A stretch of 63,273 nucleotides of DNA, filler included, from Basidiobolus ranarum (GCA_040143965.1; 37 parts of 37 records of this genome joined end to end with filler, not necessarily neighbours in it), one strand, 5' to 3'; shown: positions 36,035 to 49,718, counted from the whole stretch's first letter. Made by a program: numbers and translations. The notes: a model not told the origin generated them from the sequence alone.

Positions 36035-37646
36035 GGAGTGGAGAGGTCAATCCAATCTTAGCAACCAGGTGTTTATTGGTTTTCTTACACTTTTACCACA
36101 ATTGATTGGCAACTGTTGCTTGCAACAGTCCTGGTACAAGTAGAAAACACTTGTCAACTGTATGACTTATAATCCTTCAGTAATTTAACTATCTTCATGT
36201 CCAAATGGTTGTTTGGCTTTCAGCAGTGATCTCAAAAACCTGAAGTCATGTACTGTTTGCGCATAATTGGCAAACACTGAATCAGGCAAATAGCATTTAG
36301 TTTTGGCTTACATACCATTGATTCTTTGTCTTAAAATTTTGATTAAATCACCTAAATATAGATCATCAATCCAATACCAAAGTACTCACCATAAAGCTGA
36401 TGGTATTACCAATATACTTGCTGGATATCACTACCAGAATCTGAAAAGTCAAGGCTTCTTTGAGAACATATATGATCATGCATATGCATTGGCTCTGGAT
36501 GGTTGCTTACTAAACAAATATACCATTGGAAAGGCTTTCTGGCCAATAATTTTAATTAACTTAAATCCTCCTCCTTCTGAATGGCATAAGAGTCATAATA
36601 TTATCACACTATCCATCATATCTGGATCTAAATCAGCAGTGCTTATAGATAGCTTCTTGGAGCCTTTGATTGTAGAATTTGAATGGTTATCTAATGGGGT
36701 TCAGATGGGTGAATGTTTTATCAAAGCTAATGTCATTGTATGTATTGGTGACACTCATGCCATCAGTAAGCTTGAAGGTTGCATGGGCACAATGCACTAT
36801 CTTGCTGCAGATTTTGTCAAAGCAATGAAGTTTACTCTATCAGGCATATGAATTACTTCTATCTAAATACAAAACTAAGCTCCATGATTTTACCATCAAG
36901 AGCCCAGCCCAATTTCAAAATGATCACTGATATCAATTAACCAAATAGTCAGTCCAATAACAAACTCAGTATTAGCCATAAGCCTAAGATCATAATGCTA
37001 AAGGGGATCAGCAGGAGCCAGAGCTTCCCATTAGGCAATATGCATATATATAACTGTTGCAACTCAACAGTATCTTAACTTTTGGTAGTGTTACCAAGAC
37101 TTTGAGGCAAAGCACAGCCAGTGGACTCAGTGGGCAAAGCTAAAGTTGATTTTGTGCACTTGTTACTGTTGATATTACTAGGCTTTGTGCAGCTGGTTGC
37201 TTTGTACAGTGACAATGCTTGGGATTTTTTTTCTATGAAGCCTCTGGCTTTCATAGCACAAGAATTTGTGACAATAAAGCAGGGCTACTTTTAATGTTTG
37301 TGTAGTGGCATGAGAAGGATACTGTAGAAAAAGAAATACCTCCTACATAAGGGTGGTATTTCAAATATAACTCATCAATATCATCAGCTGATTCTGAGGC
37401 AGTATCACAGATTATTATGATTCTGATCTTGGCATACTGATCCACTACAAATAGAACTTCTCTATTATTAGATTATGACATCATATCTGCTGTGCCATCC
37501 CTTCTTGGCAATCTGGTGTCAGTTCATCCAGATTGCCTTATATGGAAGTCATGTTCTTTGGAACATTCCATGAAACCTAACCAATCATGTCATCCCACAC
37601 ATAGTGTATTTCCGCCAAGACCTTCAATGGAAGGTCACCTGATCAT
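36035..37646. mobile_element. CMC/CACTA transposase (plus, to ~37045), inverted transposase 5' fragment, and a repeat shared with 44131-44360
   Basis: ORF 36303-36851 ALALDG...WPIILINLNPPPSEW...IGDT; nucleotide similarity to other copies. Confidence 0.85.
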
Positions 37647-37746
37647 NNNNNNNNNNNNNNNNNNNNNNNNNNNNNNNNNNNNNNNNNNNNTTAATTAATT
37701 AANNNNNNNNNNNNNNNNNNNNNNNNNNNNNNNNNNNNNNNNNNNN

Positions 37747-39256
37747 AGCCAGAGCTCCCCATTAGGCACTATGCACTTACTATTCAACAACATGCCAATA
37801 CTACTTACTCAGGTATTTGGTGGAAAAATCAATATGAATGAGCCATTTGAGATAGGATCAAAGTTTGAATTGATTGGGAAAATGCTTGAAGACATTAAGA
37901 TACTATCATATTTTACCAGGACTCCCATAAATATCTACTCATCTAGGCATTTATTCAAATGCAAAGACTGGAAGTATTGTATTGGTATATATTCAAGTGG
38001 AATTTTGAAAAGATTTCTGCCTGATAAGTATTGGCAGCATTGGGAGTTGATTCTCAATATTGTTAATATATTCTCACGGCATCAACTTGCATTGGCAGAT
38101 CTCAGGCAGGTGCAGAAACTATGTGAAAATTTTGTAATTGCATATGAAATACTTTATTACAGGTTTAAAGAAGATAGACAGAATCTATGTGGGTATTCAA
38201 TACATTCCCTGTTGCATCTTTCACAATGCTTAGAGATTATAGGCCCTTGCTATACATTCTGGGAGTTCCCAATGGAGTGCACCTGCAGTGAAAAGATGCC
38301 CTATCTGAAATTGTCAGTATTACCATATGCTAATCTGATTAACAATATATCAGCAAAATCAGTGATGGATGTAATGCAATGGGTTAAGGAGACTGCAGAG
38401 TATATTAACCTGCCAACAGAGGGCTCTTTTCAATGTGCTCACATGTTTTAACAATGTTTGAGCACAATAATAGCAACAAAGCCCAATCCATGGACACAGA
38501 GTAAGTTCCTTTGTAATAAGACTACTTTGCTTGTGTGATAACCTGATGGTATCTTTAGGAAAGCTGCAAGACAGACTTCTTGGTGAGATGGATGGAAATA
38601 CATATTATTATTGTTTTAGCCAGCGGTAATCTATTCAAGCAATGACACATCTGCTTGTGGCCGGACATTTGCTGACTGCAAGTCAGCAATATATTGGCTG
38701 AATTATTTATGCAAATTTGCCAAAATCCAAGAGCTTATTCTCATTGTAAATGGTAACAAGAGTCATCTATTTGCCAAGTGTCAGTGCTGTTCAAAATTTC
38801 AGATGTTTAGCAACTTTTACACCATTAGTTTACTGGTAAAGCACATTGATGTTGTTGAGTTATGTCTGATCAGTCAAATATGTGCATATGTAGAGACTAA
38901 ACACAACAAGATTGTTTTATTTTTTGATTTGCCTTATGGCTGGAATGCTAAGCCTAAAATATCTAAATAACTGCAAGCATGCTAATTCAAATTCCTACAC
39001 CAGTACACCCAGTAATTTGCCATTTGAAAATTATATTTTTGCAAAAATTGCTGGATATTGAATGTTGCATGCCAAATTTGAGTATTAATATTTTAACATG
39101 AATGAATACCATTAAGATAAAGTCAAGAAACTGCCATTACACCATCAAAATCCCTGGCAGAATGCAAGCGAACAATATTGTGACAGATCTCTGATGGTTT
39201 TGCTATTTTGAAGCATGGATTGGATCCAGATCAAATTGATTTTATTTTTGTTAGGG
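37747..39256 (+). mobile_element. CMC/CACTA transposase C-terminal half through the right terminus
   Basis: MHLL, FKCKDWK, IHSLLHL...GPCYTFWEFPME; ends in TTTTTGTTAGGG. Confidence 0.9.
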
Positions 39257-39357
39257 AAAAGAAGGAAACAAGGTTTGTGCTATGGTTGTAACAAACCAGG
39301 ACACCAGTTAAAAGATTGCATATCAAGAAATTATAACAAAAATGAGAAGTCAGAACA
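39257..39357 (+). mobile_element. LTR-retrotransposon gag zinc knuckle (Gypsy-like)
   Basis: KRRKQGLCYGCNKPGHQLKDC = CX2CX4HX4C. Confidence 0.7.
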
Positions 39358-39457
39358 NNNNNNNNNNNNNNNNNNNNNNNNNNNNNNNNNNNNNNNNNNN
39401 NTTAATTAATTAANNNNNNNNNNNNNNNNNNNNNNNNNNNNNNNNNNNNNNNNNNNN

Positions 39458-39607
39458 ATCATCCATCTGGCCACCGGCACCCATACCGTTGATGACGTTG
39501 TACATACCAGGACAGCAGAAGCACACCATTCCTACAAGGAATACTTGGAAGATTGGATCATTGTAGCGGATTTTACCGAAAATCTTGATGTTGGATAAAT
39601 CTTTCAT
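39458..39607 (-). CDS. UNC93-like MFS transporter, N-terminus, 3' partial
   Basis: YNDPIFQVFLVGMVCFCCPGMYNVINGMGAGG is the typical first helix of fungal/plant UNC93-like proteins; TATA ~50 bp upstream. Confidence 0.85.
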
Positions 39608-40779
39608 TGTGAAATACTGTTGTATTTTTTGAATTATTGGTATCTGTTTAGCTCTCTTATATACAGATTAAGACTCAGCAAATGGCTAAAAGTAAATACG
39701 TCTTGGACATTCGTTGAGGTTTAACTGAGCTCGTTCTTTGGATGGAAGGTTGTTTTTGTGGTATCCTAGTTATGATACTAGAATATTAAAGATCTAGAGC
39801 TTAGAAGAAATAAGCATTGGTTACTATGGGGTATGTAGATGCCGGACTAAAGACACCTCGAATTAGGCGAAGAGACTTTTGAAGCCAAGCATCTCTCATG
39901 GACTCTTCTATAGATTCGATTGTTTTGGAATAATTATATGTAGTAGGATATAAATGTATCTGTTCACGATAGTATTCGCTCATGAGTTTAAACACGATAA
40001 CTCTAAGCACGCCTAGAGTTTAATTGTATTCTTAAAAGGTAAATGCTCCCAATTGGTCTAACGTATTTAGAAATGCCGAAGTAGGCCAAGAAGGTGAAAT
40101 TCAACGCAACATATTTATAATACTTATCTATATATGGGCACGATTACCTACACTCAAGATAATTCCAAATTGAGCAACTCCGCTTTCAAATCTTACTTTA
40201 GCAGTTATTTTACTAAAACTGATTGTTGAACATCAGGCGTAGAAGTGTAACTCAAGCAAATGTGATGGAAGTCTCCACTTTAATGCTTCTGTTTTCAATA
40301 GAGCCTACAAAAATAGATTTGCTTAACAACAGAAACCCTCCATCTTTGGTAATCGATCTTTACGAGTCTAGCCTTAGTCGATACTGTGATGGGTTGTTCA
40401 TGAAGCTTAAAGAGAAATACACTGCATCATTCACTTGTATCGGTCACTTGACATGCAACGTCGGGTGCTCACTGGATTATTTTATGTCGACTATCACAAC
40501 CTTGGTATCCATGTGACAGATGATATGATTGCTTTAGTGACAAGAGAGCGATGCTGATACTATTTCTGATACGGATACGGATCTCATGCTAGTCATTTAA
40601 TTTGATGCTTTTACTAATCAAAAATCATTTAATGAAAGTATATTAAATTTATTACACGGTAGGATCAAGAGCTGATGAAAAGAGATTAACTACTCTCTCA
40701 ACGATGATTGAGAATATATGAATATGCTTGGGGCAGCGTGGGGTGGGAAATTTAATGAAAATATTCAATCATCGGAATT

Positions 40780-41068
40780 TTAACTCATGGCTTCTATTTT
40801 TTCCTCGTTTTCATCCAAATTATTGGTATCTTTGATACTACGTACAAGGAAGTAGGTGAACGGAACCGAGAATACAAACAACGCCCAATTAAGAATCATC
40901 TGAGTGAGGAATGCTGTACCAATAGCATCGATTCTCCATGAGATTGCACCACCAACAGATTGAATAGCTTTAGCATAACCAGCATACTGAGCAAGAACGG
41001 TGGAGTCGTTGGAGAGTGAGCCAAGAATCCAGAAGAGAAGAGTCTGGCACAAAGCATCGCACAGACCG
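40780..41068 (-). CDS. UNC93-like MFS transporter, C-terminus, 5' partial
   Basis: DALCQTLLFWILGSLSND...AQYAGYAKAIQSVGGAISWRID. Confidence 0.85.
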
Positions 41069-41168
41069 NNNNNNNNNNNNNNNNNNNNNNNNNNNNNNNN
41101 NNNNNNNNNNNNTTAATTAATTAANNNNNNNNNNNNNNNNNNNNNNNNNNNNNNNNNNNNNNNNNNNN

Positions 41169-41975
41169 AGATCTCACATTTGCAATATGAGTAACCATGC
41201 TTTCAGACTTTTCCATCTTTATATTGAAGAATTTTTGTCTGAGAAAGAGTCTTTTAGCAAGACTCTTTGCTTCATAACACTCTTCCAATATAGTCCAAGC
41301 TTGATGGGAAGTCTTTGCATATTGAATATTCACAAGGTGTGAATCCTTCAAACTTTGATACATGACATTAAAGGCCTTCTTGTCTCTTTTCTTGTAAGCT
41401 TCCAATAACAAAGGGTCGCAAGGTTCCTTTTCATCTCCAGAGACTACATCCCAAAGCTCCCTTTCTTCCAGCGTGATTTGCATGTTGAACTTGCAGAAAT
41501 TGTGAGTTTCTCCATCAAGCTTTTCAACACTTGAATTAATAAGAGTGGTAGTAGTGGTTTCTGTCATGCTGTAAAGGTTAGAACACAGGGCTGATAACCT
41601 ATTGGAAAAAATGGGCTGTTTGGAGGAACTTTAGAAAAGTGGAGTCGTGAATAGCTTTGTGAGATAATTATTTATGTCCAGAAATAAAACATTTATGCAT
41701 TTTGGTGGAAATACCAAAAACTAACACTGGGGTTGCATTCAGAACATGTGCGGGAGTAAAATGAGCTATCTCTGGGGCAATTTGGACAACTTTGAAATTT
41801 CTAATATGGAATTGCTAATTCTCACATTTTTCATATACATATATAATATATGTTCCAATTTTGAGCTAAGTGATATTTGACTAAGTAATTTTAACTAACT
41901 TATATGTGATATATGAAGTAGTTAGGTGTATAAAGATAGAGATAACAAATATGATAAAGGCAATAAACTTCAACA
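41169..41975 (-). mobile_element. Copia family A 5' end: LTR (41600-41975), PBS (41588-41599), gag (41169-41567)
   Basis: Full 376-bp LTR; GGTTATCAGCCC; gag EKLDG...LEERELWDVV...KRLFLRQKFF. Confidence 0.92.
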
Positions 41976-42164
41976 GATTTTACCATTAGAGCCAGTCAGA
42001 TTTCAACATTCTCTCTGATTTCAAGACAGTTTGGAATATGCAGTATTATTGATTTGGCCATGGGGTAATATATTCCACAAATGACACAACTACTTGTGGC
42101 AGGGCATTTGTTGACTGCAAGTTGGGGACATTTTGGCTGAAATCTTTATGGAAATTTGCCAAAA

Positions 42165-42779
42165 CTCTAACAGAAATTTGAGAATTGTTATTGTAGGAAA
42201 ACCATTACAATTTTAATTCATGTGGGATTGACCATTTACTTACTGTCATAAAATTGTCAAGTTGGATTTAATTTTAATAAATTTTTTCAGTTTCAGGAGT
42301 GAAATTTCAAGATCTTGCAATATAGTTGCACATGATTGGCAACAATCTCAGAGAACTATGGATCAACACATGTCCAAAAAACATAACTCAAATTTTACAC
42401 AATTACTACTTGAACACTAATTTGTCACCTTTGAAATCCCTTGTCTCTTAGATATATTCTCCCAAATATTTTATAGAGTTCTTCATACCCAAGGTTTAGC
42501 TCATACCCAACACAAGTTTGTATCAATATCTCTATCAAAGCCCACCATTACATAAATGTTGCTGAATCAACATTCTTCCAGCTATCTGGCAGATACTGTG
42601 CAATATTGTGCCACTCTGTATTTGTTAAAGTATTTGGGAGCCTGTTGGAAGTGGTTTGGAGAATTAGCGGAATTGGTGGTTTTCACTTATTGATTTATTG
42701 AGTAGAAAGTTGACATTTATAGTTTTGTCAAGATGTAAACAAACTAACATGTAGAATATGTTAAGGAAGGTCCCAGGAA
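42165..42779. mobile_element. CMC left end (plus, 42165-42622) inserted in a CMC fragment, interrupted by LTR-C (minus, from 42623)
   Basis: CTCTAACAGAAATTTGAGAATTG; TGTTAAAGTATTTGGGAGCC. Confidence 0.8.
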
Positions 42780-42879
42780 NNNNNNNNNNNNNNNNNNNNN
42801 NNNNNNNNNNNNNNNNNNNNNNNTTAATTAATTAANNNNNNNNNNNNNNNNNNNNNNNNNNNNNNNNNNNNNNNNNNNN

Positions 42880-44489
42880 ATGAAAGCCAAAGACTTCATA
42901 GAAAAAATAATCACAAGCATGATCACTGTACAAAGCCACCAGCTGCACAAAGCCTGGTGAGTATCAACAATAATAAGTGCACAAAATTGACTTTAGTTTT
43001 GCCTACTGAGTCCACTGGCTGTGCTTTACCTCAAAGTTTTGGTAACACTGCCACAATGCAAGGCACCACGGAGTTACTACAGTTCTATGACAAAAATGTT
43101 GTAGGTAGAAGTGCAACTTTAGTTGAACCAGTAAGTCCAGACAACTTTGAGGGTATGCTGCTAGATGTTACCATTGGCTATTCCAGTACTGATGGCAGTA
43201 AATCAGAAGTCAAAGAAGAAAACAAAGGTTTTGTTATGGACTCTTTGTTAATGGCAAGCATTAGTCCACTCATAACACCTACAGTAATGTAAGCAGCTTT
43301 ACTTATTGAGGAGTGGAGAGTTGTATCCAATATTAGCAACCAGGTTTCTATTGGTTTTCTTACACTTTTACCACAATTGATTGGCAATTGTTGCTTGCCA
43401 CACCCTAACAAAAATAGAATCAATTTGATCTGGATTGGATCCACCTTTCGGGATTGCACAACCTTCAGAGAACCATCACAATATTGGTGGCTTGCATTCT
43501 GCCAGGGATTTTGATGATGTGATGGTAGCTTCTTGATGGTATTTTTATGCTATTCATACATGTTAAAGTATTGATCCTCATATTTGGCATGCATTATTTG
43601 ATTTCTGGCAATTTTTGCAAAATCTAATTTTGAATCAAAAGTAACTTGGTTTACTGCTGTAGGAATTTATATTAATATGTATATCTTTATTTAGATGTTT
43701 TTGGCTATGTATTCCAGCCATAATGAGAATCAAAAAATACAAGAATCTCATTGTGTTTAGTCCCTACATATGCCCATACTTGACTGATTGGACATAACTT
43801 GACAACTTCAACATGCTTTACCAGCAAACTAATGGTGGAAAAATTGCAAAACATCTGAAATGTTGAATAGCACTAACACATGGCAAATAGCCAACTCCTG
43901 TTACCATTCACAATGAGAATAAGCTCTTGGATTATGGTAAATTTCTGTAGAATATTCAGCTTAAATATTCTCAACTTGCAGTCAACAACTGTCCTGCCAC
44001 AAGTAGATGTGTCATTGCTTGAATAGATTGAGCTATAGCTAAAACAATAATATTTGGATCTTGATATGTCTCAGCAAGAAGCCTGTGTTGCAGCTGTCCT
44101 AAAAGTACTGTCAGATTATCACACAAACTGTCATGATTCTGCTCTTGGCATACTGATCCACTACCAAAAGAACTCTTCTATTATTAGATTATGACATCAT
44201 ATCTGCTGTGCCATCCCTTCTTGGAAATCTGGTGTCAGTTCTTCCATATTATCTTTTATGGAAGTTATATTCTTTGGAACATTCCATGAAACCTAACCAA
44301 TCATGTCATCCCACACATAGTGTATTTGTGCCAAAACCTTCCATGAAAAGTCACCTGATCATCTTTACATCATCCTTACATCATCCCTCTTTGTATTGGT
44401 CCTTGTAGTCCCTAACAACCCAACTCTTGAACTTGCCACAGTATATTCCCTATTAAGTACATTATGTTTCACCTTGCAATATCTATATA
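42880..44489. mobile_element. CMC transposase 5' part (plus) with another CMC right end (minus, from 43403) inserted
   Basis: CCCTAACAAAAATAGAATCAATTTGATCTGG at 43403. Confidence 0.85.
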
Positions 44490-44589
44490 NNNNNNNNNNN
44501 NNNNNNNNNNNNNNNNNNNNNNNNNNNNNNNNNTTAATTAATTAANNNNNNNNNNNNNNNNNNNNNNNNNNNNNNNNNNNNNNNNNNNN

Positions 44590-46199
44590 ATGAAAGCCAG
44601 AGGCTTCATAGAAAAAACAATCACAAGCACGGTCACTGTACAAAGCCACCAGCTACACAAAGCCTGGTGTACAACAACAGTAATAAGTCCACTAAATCAA
44701 ATTTAGTTTTGCCCATTGAGTCCACTGACTGTAGTTTGCATCAAAGTTTTGGTAACACTTCTAACGGTCAAGATACCATTGAGTTACCACAGTTATATGA
44801 CTAGAATGATGTAGGTCAAAATGCAACTTTAGTCAAACCAGTAAGTCCAGACAAATTTGAGGACTTGCTGCTAGATGTTGACCTCAGTAATTCCAGTACC
44901 AATGGTAGTGTATCACATTGGAAAGGCTGGCTGGCAAATAATTTTAATCAAATTAAATCTTCCTCCCTCTGAATGGTATAAGAGGCATGACATTTTGATA
45001 CTATCCATTATATCTGGACTTAAATCACCAGTGCTCATAGATAGCTTCTTGGAGCCTTTGATTGCAGAATCTGAATGGTTATCTAATGAGGCTCAGATGG
45101 GTGAATATTTTATTAAAGCTAATATCTTTGTATGTATTGGTGACACTCCTGCCATCAGTAAATTTGGTGGTTTTTGAGGGCACAATGCACTATCTTGCTG
45201 TAGATTTTGTCAAATGAATGGAGTTTACTCTAAAAGGCATACGCATTACTACTAACCAAATACAACACCAAGCTCCACAATTTTACCATCAAGGGCCCAG
45301 TCTGATTTCAACATGATCACTGATATCAATTCACCAAATAGTTAGTTTAGCATCAAACTTGGTATTAGCCATAAGCCTAAGAATTTATTTCTCAAGAGGA
45401 TCAGCTGGAGCTTCCCATTAAGCACCATGAACTTACTATTCAACAACATTCTGATACCACTTACTCAGCTACATAGTGGAAAATTCAATATGAATGAGCC
45501 ATTTGAGATAAGATCAAAATTTGAATCAATTGGGAAAATGCTTGAAAACATCAAGATACCATCATATTTTACCAGGACTCCTATCAATATCTACTCATCA
45601 AGGCATTTATTCAAATGTAAGGACCAGAGTGTTGGATTTATATATATTCAAATGGAATTTTGAGAAGATATCTGCCTGATAAGTATTGGCAACTTTGAGG
45701 GCTGTTTGTGGATATTGTTAATACATTCTTATGGCATCTATGCCCATTGGCAGATCTCAGGCAGATATAGCAACTGGGCAAAGATTTTTAATTGGATGTG
45801 AGAAACTTTATTACAGGTTTAAAAAAGATAGACTGATTCTATCCAGGTATTCAATACATTCCCTGCTGCATCTTTCACAATGCTTAGAGATTATAGGCCC
45901 TTGCCATACATCCTGGGAGTTACCAATGGAGCACACCTGTGGTGAAATGATGCTCTGTGTGAAATCATAGTATTACCATGTGCTAATCTGATTAATAATA
46001 TATCAGCAAAATCAGTGATGGATGTAATGCAATGGGTTAAGGAGACTCCAGAGTATATTAACCTGCCAGCAAAGGGCTCTTTTCAATGTGCTCATGGGTT
46101 TTTGCATTGTTTGAGCACAATAACAGCAACAAAGCCCAATCCATGGACACAGAGTAAGTACCTTTATAATTGGACTAATTTGCTTGTGTGATAATCTGA
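44590..46199 (+). mobile_element. CMC/CACTA transposase with an internal deletion near 44910
   Basis: LNLPPSEWYK, IGDTPAISK, IHSLLHL, WELPMEHTCG. Confidence 0.9.
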
Positions 46200-46299
46200 N
46201 NNNNNNNNNNNNNNNNNNNNNNNNNNNNNNNNNNNNNNNNNNNTTAATTAATTAANNNNNNNNNNNNNNNNNNNNNNNNNNNNNNNNNNNNNNNNNNNN

Positions 46300-47909
46300 A
46301 AAGAAGAAAAACATACTGAATCTGGAAATGTGGTTACAACAGAAGATCACTTGTTCATTTCTGCTCTATCTATGACTCCCAACAAGGATTCTCAGACATG
46401 GTATATTGATGCTGGAGCTTCCCAAGATTTCACAAATGAAAAACATTGGTTTGTGCTTTATGAAGAAACCCAATCAGAAAGGTTTACATGGGAGATGACT
46501 GCACATTGGATGCTGTTGGAATGGGAACAATTCAAGTCAATTTAACTGGAGCTTCTGAAGAAAAAGTATATTCTTTTAAGGATGTACTACATGTTCTAGA
46601 CATTGCCAAGATTTTTATATCTGTATGCAAGGCCACCTCAGAAGGGCTAAAATTTAATTTTGATAAGTCAAGATGCACTATCACTGATCAAAATTGGAAT
46701 TATTTAGCTTTGGGAGAGTAGGATCAGAACGTTTACAAGCTTACGTATAATCCAAGAGGTTTATGTATAAATATAAGTTATTCCAATCAAGAAACTAATC
46801 AAATATATCATAAGAGATTTGGCCATGTTGGATTTGATTATTTAAGCAAAATGATCAAAAATTGCCTGATTTCTGGAATTCAAATTAACCCCCCAACCAA
46901 AATGGAAACTTCCAAGGGCTGTATGTATGAAAAACAAGCCAGGCAGCTGTTCAAGAGCTCTTGTTTAATCCAATCTGTCAGAAAATTGGATCTAATTCAT
47001 TCAGATATGTGTGGACCTATGCAAAATTTATCTTTAGGTTGAAAAGATATTTAATCACATTTATTGATGATTATACAAGATACACTTGGGTTTACTTTAT
47101 AGAAAGAAAAGAAGAAGCCCTCTCTATCTTTAGAGATTTAAAACACTTGTGGAGGTTGAAACTGGAACTAAAACTAAGAAAAGGTGAACTGATAATGGTG
47201 GAGAATATACTTCAACACTATTTCAACACTTTTGCAAAGTTGATAGAATTAAGCAAGAAACCACTGCCCCCTATTCACCTCAACAAAATGGAGTTGCCAA
47301 AAGAGCTAACAGGACTATAATAGAAATGGCTAGCTCTATGATAAATGTACAAAATTTATCACATAACTTTTGGGTGAAATCTATTGCTACAGCTATATAT
47401 CTGAAGAATAGGAGTTTTGATAGAAGTCTATCTAACTCTACACCATATTAAGCTTGGTTTGAAGTTAATCCTGATGTAAAACATTTGAGGATCTTTGGAT
47501 GCCTTGCATATGTCATAATTATGACCAAAAATTGGTTTAAATATTATCCAAGAAGTAAGAAATGCATATTTCTGGGTTATTGTACTCAAACTAAGGCCTA
47601 CAGACTCTATGATACCAAAATTTCCAAGTTAATCAAGTGCAGAGATATTTTGTTTAATGAAAATGAAAAGTTTCAGCCAAAGTGACCTCAGATGCTGACA
47701 AAAATCAATTAGCTCCTAAAACAATCATTCAAATTGATTCAAACCAAAAAAATGAAGAAAATAGATTTCCTGTGGACCCTTCATCCAACATTTTGCCTAC
47801 TGAAGTGCCCAATACAATAACAGAAGTTGTAGTACCTTTATCCCAAACCAGGAGGTCAAATTGGATCAGAAATACCCTGATTACTATATCTGTGAGTCCC
47901 AAAATTGGG
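46300..47909 (+). mobile_element. Copia pol: protease, pre-integrase, integrase; frameshifted
   Basis: WYIDAGAS, HKRFGH, LIHSDMCGPM, FIDDYTRYTWVYF, DNGGEY, PQQNGVA. Confidence 0.95.
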
Positions 47910-49233
47910 NNNNNNNNNNNNNNNNNNNNNNNNNNNNNNNNNNNNNNNNNNNNTTAATTAATTAANNNNNNNNNNNNNNNNNNNNNNNNNNNNNNNNNNN
48001 NNNNNNNNNTAAGGCTGGCAGCCTTGATTTTGGCCATCAGACCTGAGTTGTTATGAATATTACATTGAAGTGTAAGTTATATAAATCTATGAATTTCCCT
48101 TTCCATATCAAGCTGTTTTCATGCAATTGACCAAATTTTGGTACATATATCCCCACAAGATTAATAGTTCTTTCCCTATATTAAATTTGTAAGCACAATA
48201 TGATATTCCCAATAAAGATTCTGAAAGCCTAACCCTAACCCTAATATCAGCCCACTGTTACACTGATCCACTGATCATAACATAGTTTTCGGAAGCCATG
48301 GCGTACTAAGAAATTCATTCAACTCTGTCTGGATTACTACAATATCATACTAAGTCAACAATATCTTATCAGTTTTTCAAGTAGCTCAGTAGTAAATATA
48401 TGTAATAAAGTCAGAATTAGGCAAATTAATTTTCTCAGGTGCCTTTTTAATGTTGTTGACTCTGAGAGTACTTGGTCTGTTTCCAGTTATCGGGCTGGCT
48501 TCTCTGCCCTTAAATTCGAATTGATTTTCTTACATTATATCATAAAGCCCATTATGATTTGGAAGATTGGAACTAGATACCAGCAAAGAGAAGAAAGATA
48601 CATAAAGTAGCTTCAAGTTTCTAAGTTGATGTTGGCACTTTTATTGAAAAGTAAACTTAAATATTGGAGACACTGAGGATGGTTTTTCATTTCTTCACAG
48701 TATACAGCATGGTCTATTATAAATCTTTAATTCCAAATATTAGCACGACAAAATCTGGTCTAAATGAAGTGCTACTCTAATTGATGATTTTACATTCAAT
48801 CCTTTCGCATCATAAAATTGAGTAACTGTGAACCAGCCCTCCTCTATTACTGACTGGGCTCACATGTTTTGATTTTGCCTTATGCTGGGTAGGGATGGGG
48901 TAGCACCACTGAGCTATTTAATGTGGTGTAACGGGTTTGCACGCAGCTTCTGAGCACAAAAATAGCTGTATATGGTATCTTCACATATAATACTCCATAC
49001 GGTAAAGCCTTAGATCAAATTAGTCAGTGTAATGTGCAAGTAATCCCCTTCTGATAATTATCAACATTTTACCTGGTTTCGTGGTACCAGTATCGCGAAG
49101 TGAGTAGTACAAGACTTGAAACTTTACCTTCACTAAATGTTACAGAAGGACACTGTAAATGACGGAATAACCATGCTTGGGAGTATAAAAGTATCTGAAT
49201 CTCTCCTGAATCTACACATTCGAATAATCCGCA

Positions 49234-49618
49234 ATGCATCTGTCTTCTACTCTCTTCTCCGTCATCGTCGCTACTTTGGTATCAGGACAAGCCGAGTTCC
49301 CTTTTGAAAGAAATGGCGAATGCATTGAAAAGTGCAGTTTGGTATGGAATCTATTAATCTTCAGTATATATCTATATTCATACTTATATTGCTTTCAAAT
49401 GAAAATCTGTTTGACAGAGCACTGGTAGTAAGCTTGTCGATGGGTTTACCGTGGATCCCAAAAGTCCAAACTTTATGAAATCTCTTGACCTCTACTGTGA
49501 CAAGACTGGCCCCAACTATAATGCTTATATGAATGAGGCTATGGAATGTATGGGTGCCTGTCCACAGGCTGAACTTGATGGATTTATGAAGAATTTCAGG
49601 CCTGTCTATAACTGGTAT
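49234..49618 (+). CDS. Small secreted cysteine-rich protein, exons 49234-49341 and 49418-49618, 3' partial
   Basis: Signal peptide; NGECIEKCSL | STGSKLVDGFTVDPKSPNFMKSLDLYCDKTGPNY...CMGACP; GTATGG...GACAG intron; TATAAAA at ~49184. Confidence 0.88.
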
Positions 49619-49718
49619 NNNNNNNNNNNNNNNNNNNNNNNNNNNNNNNNNNNNNNNNNNNNTTAATTAATTAANNNNNNNNNNNNNNNNNNNNNNNNNN
49701 NNNNNNNNNNNNNNNNNN

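Noticed and set aside
48228..48244. CCTAACCCTAACCCTAA telomere-like repeat, and the TTAGGG at CMC termini
   Set aside because: Under three units and internal; the CMC end is explained by the CMCWR terminal consensus
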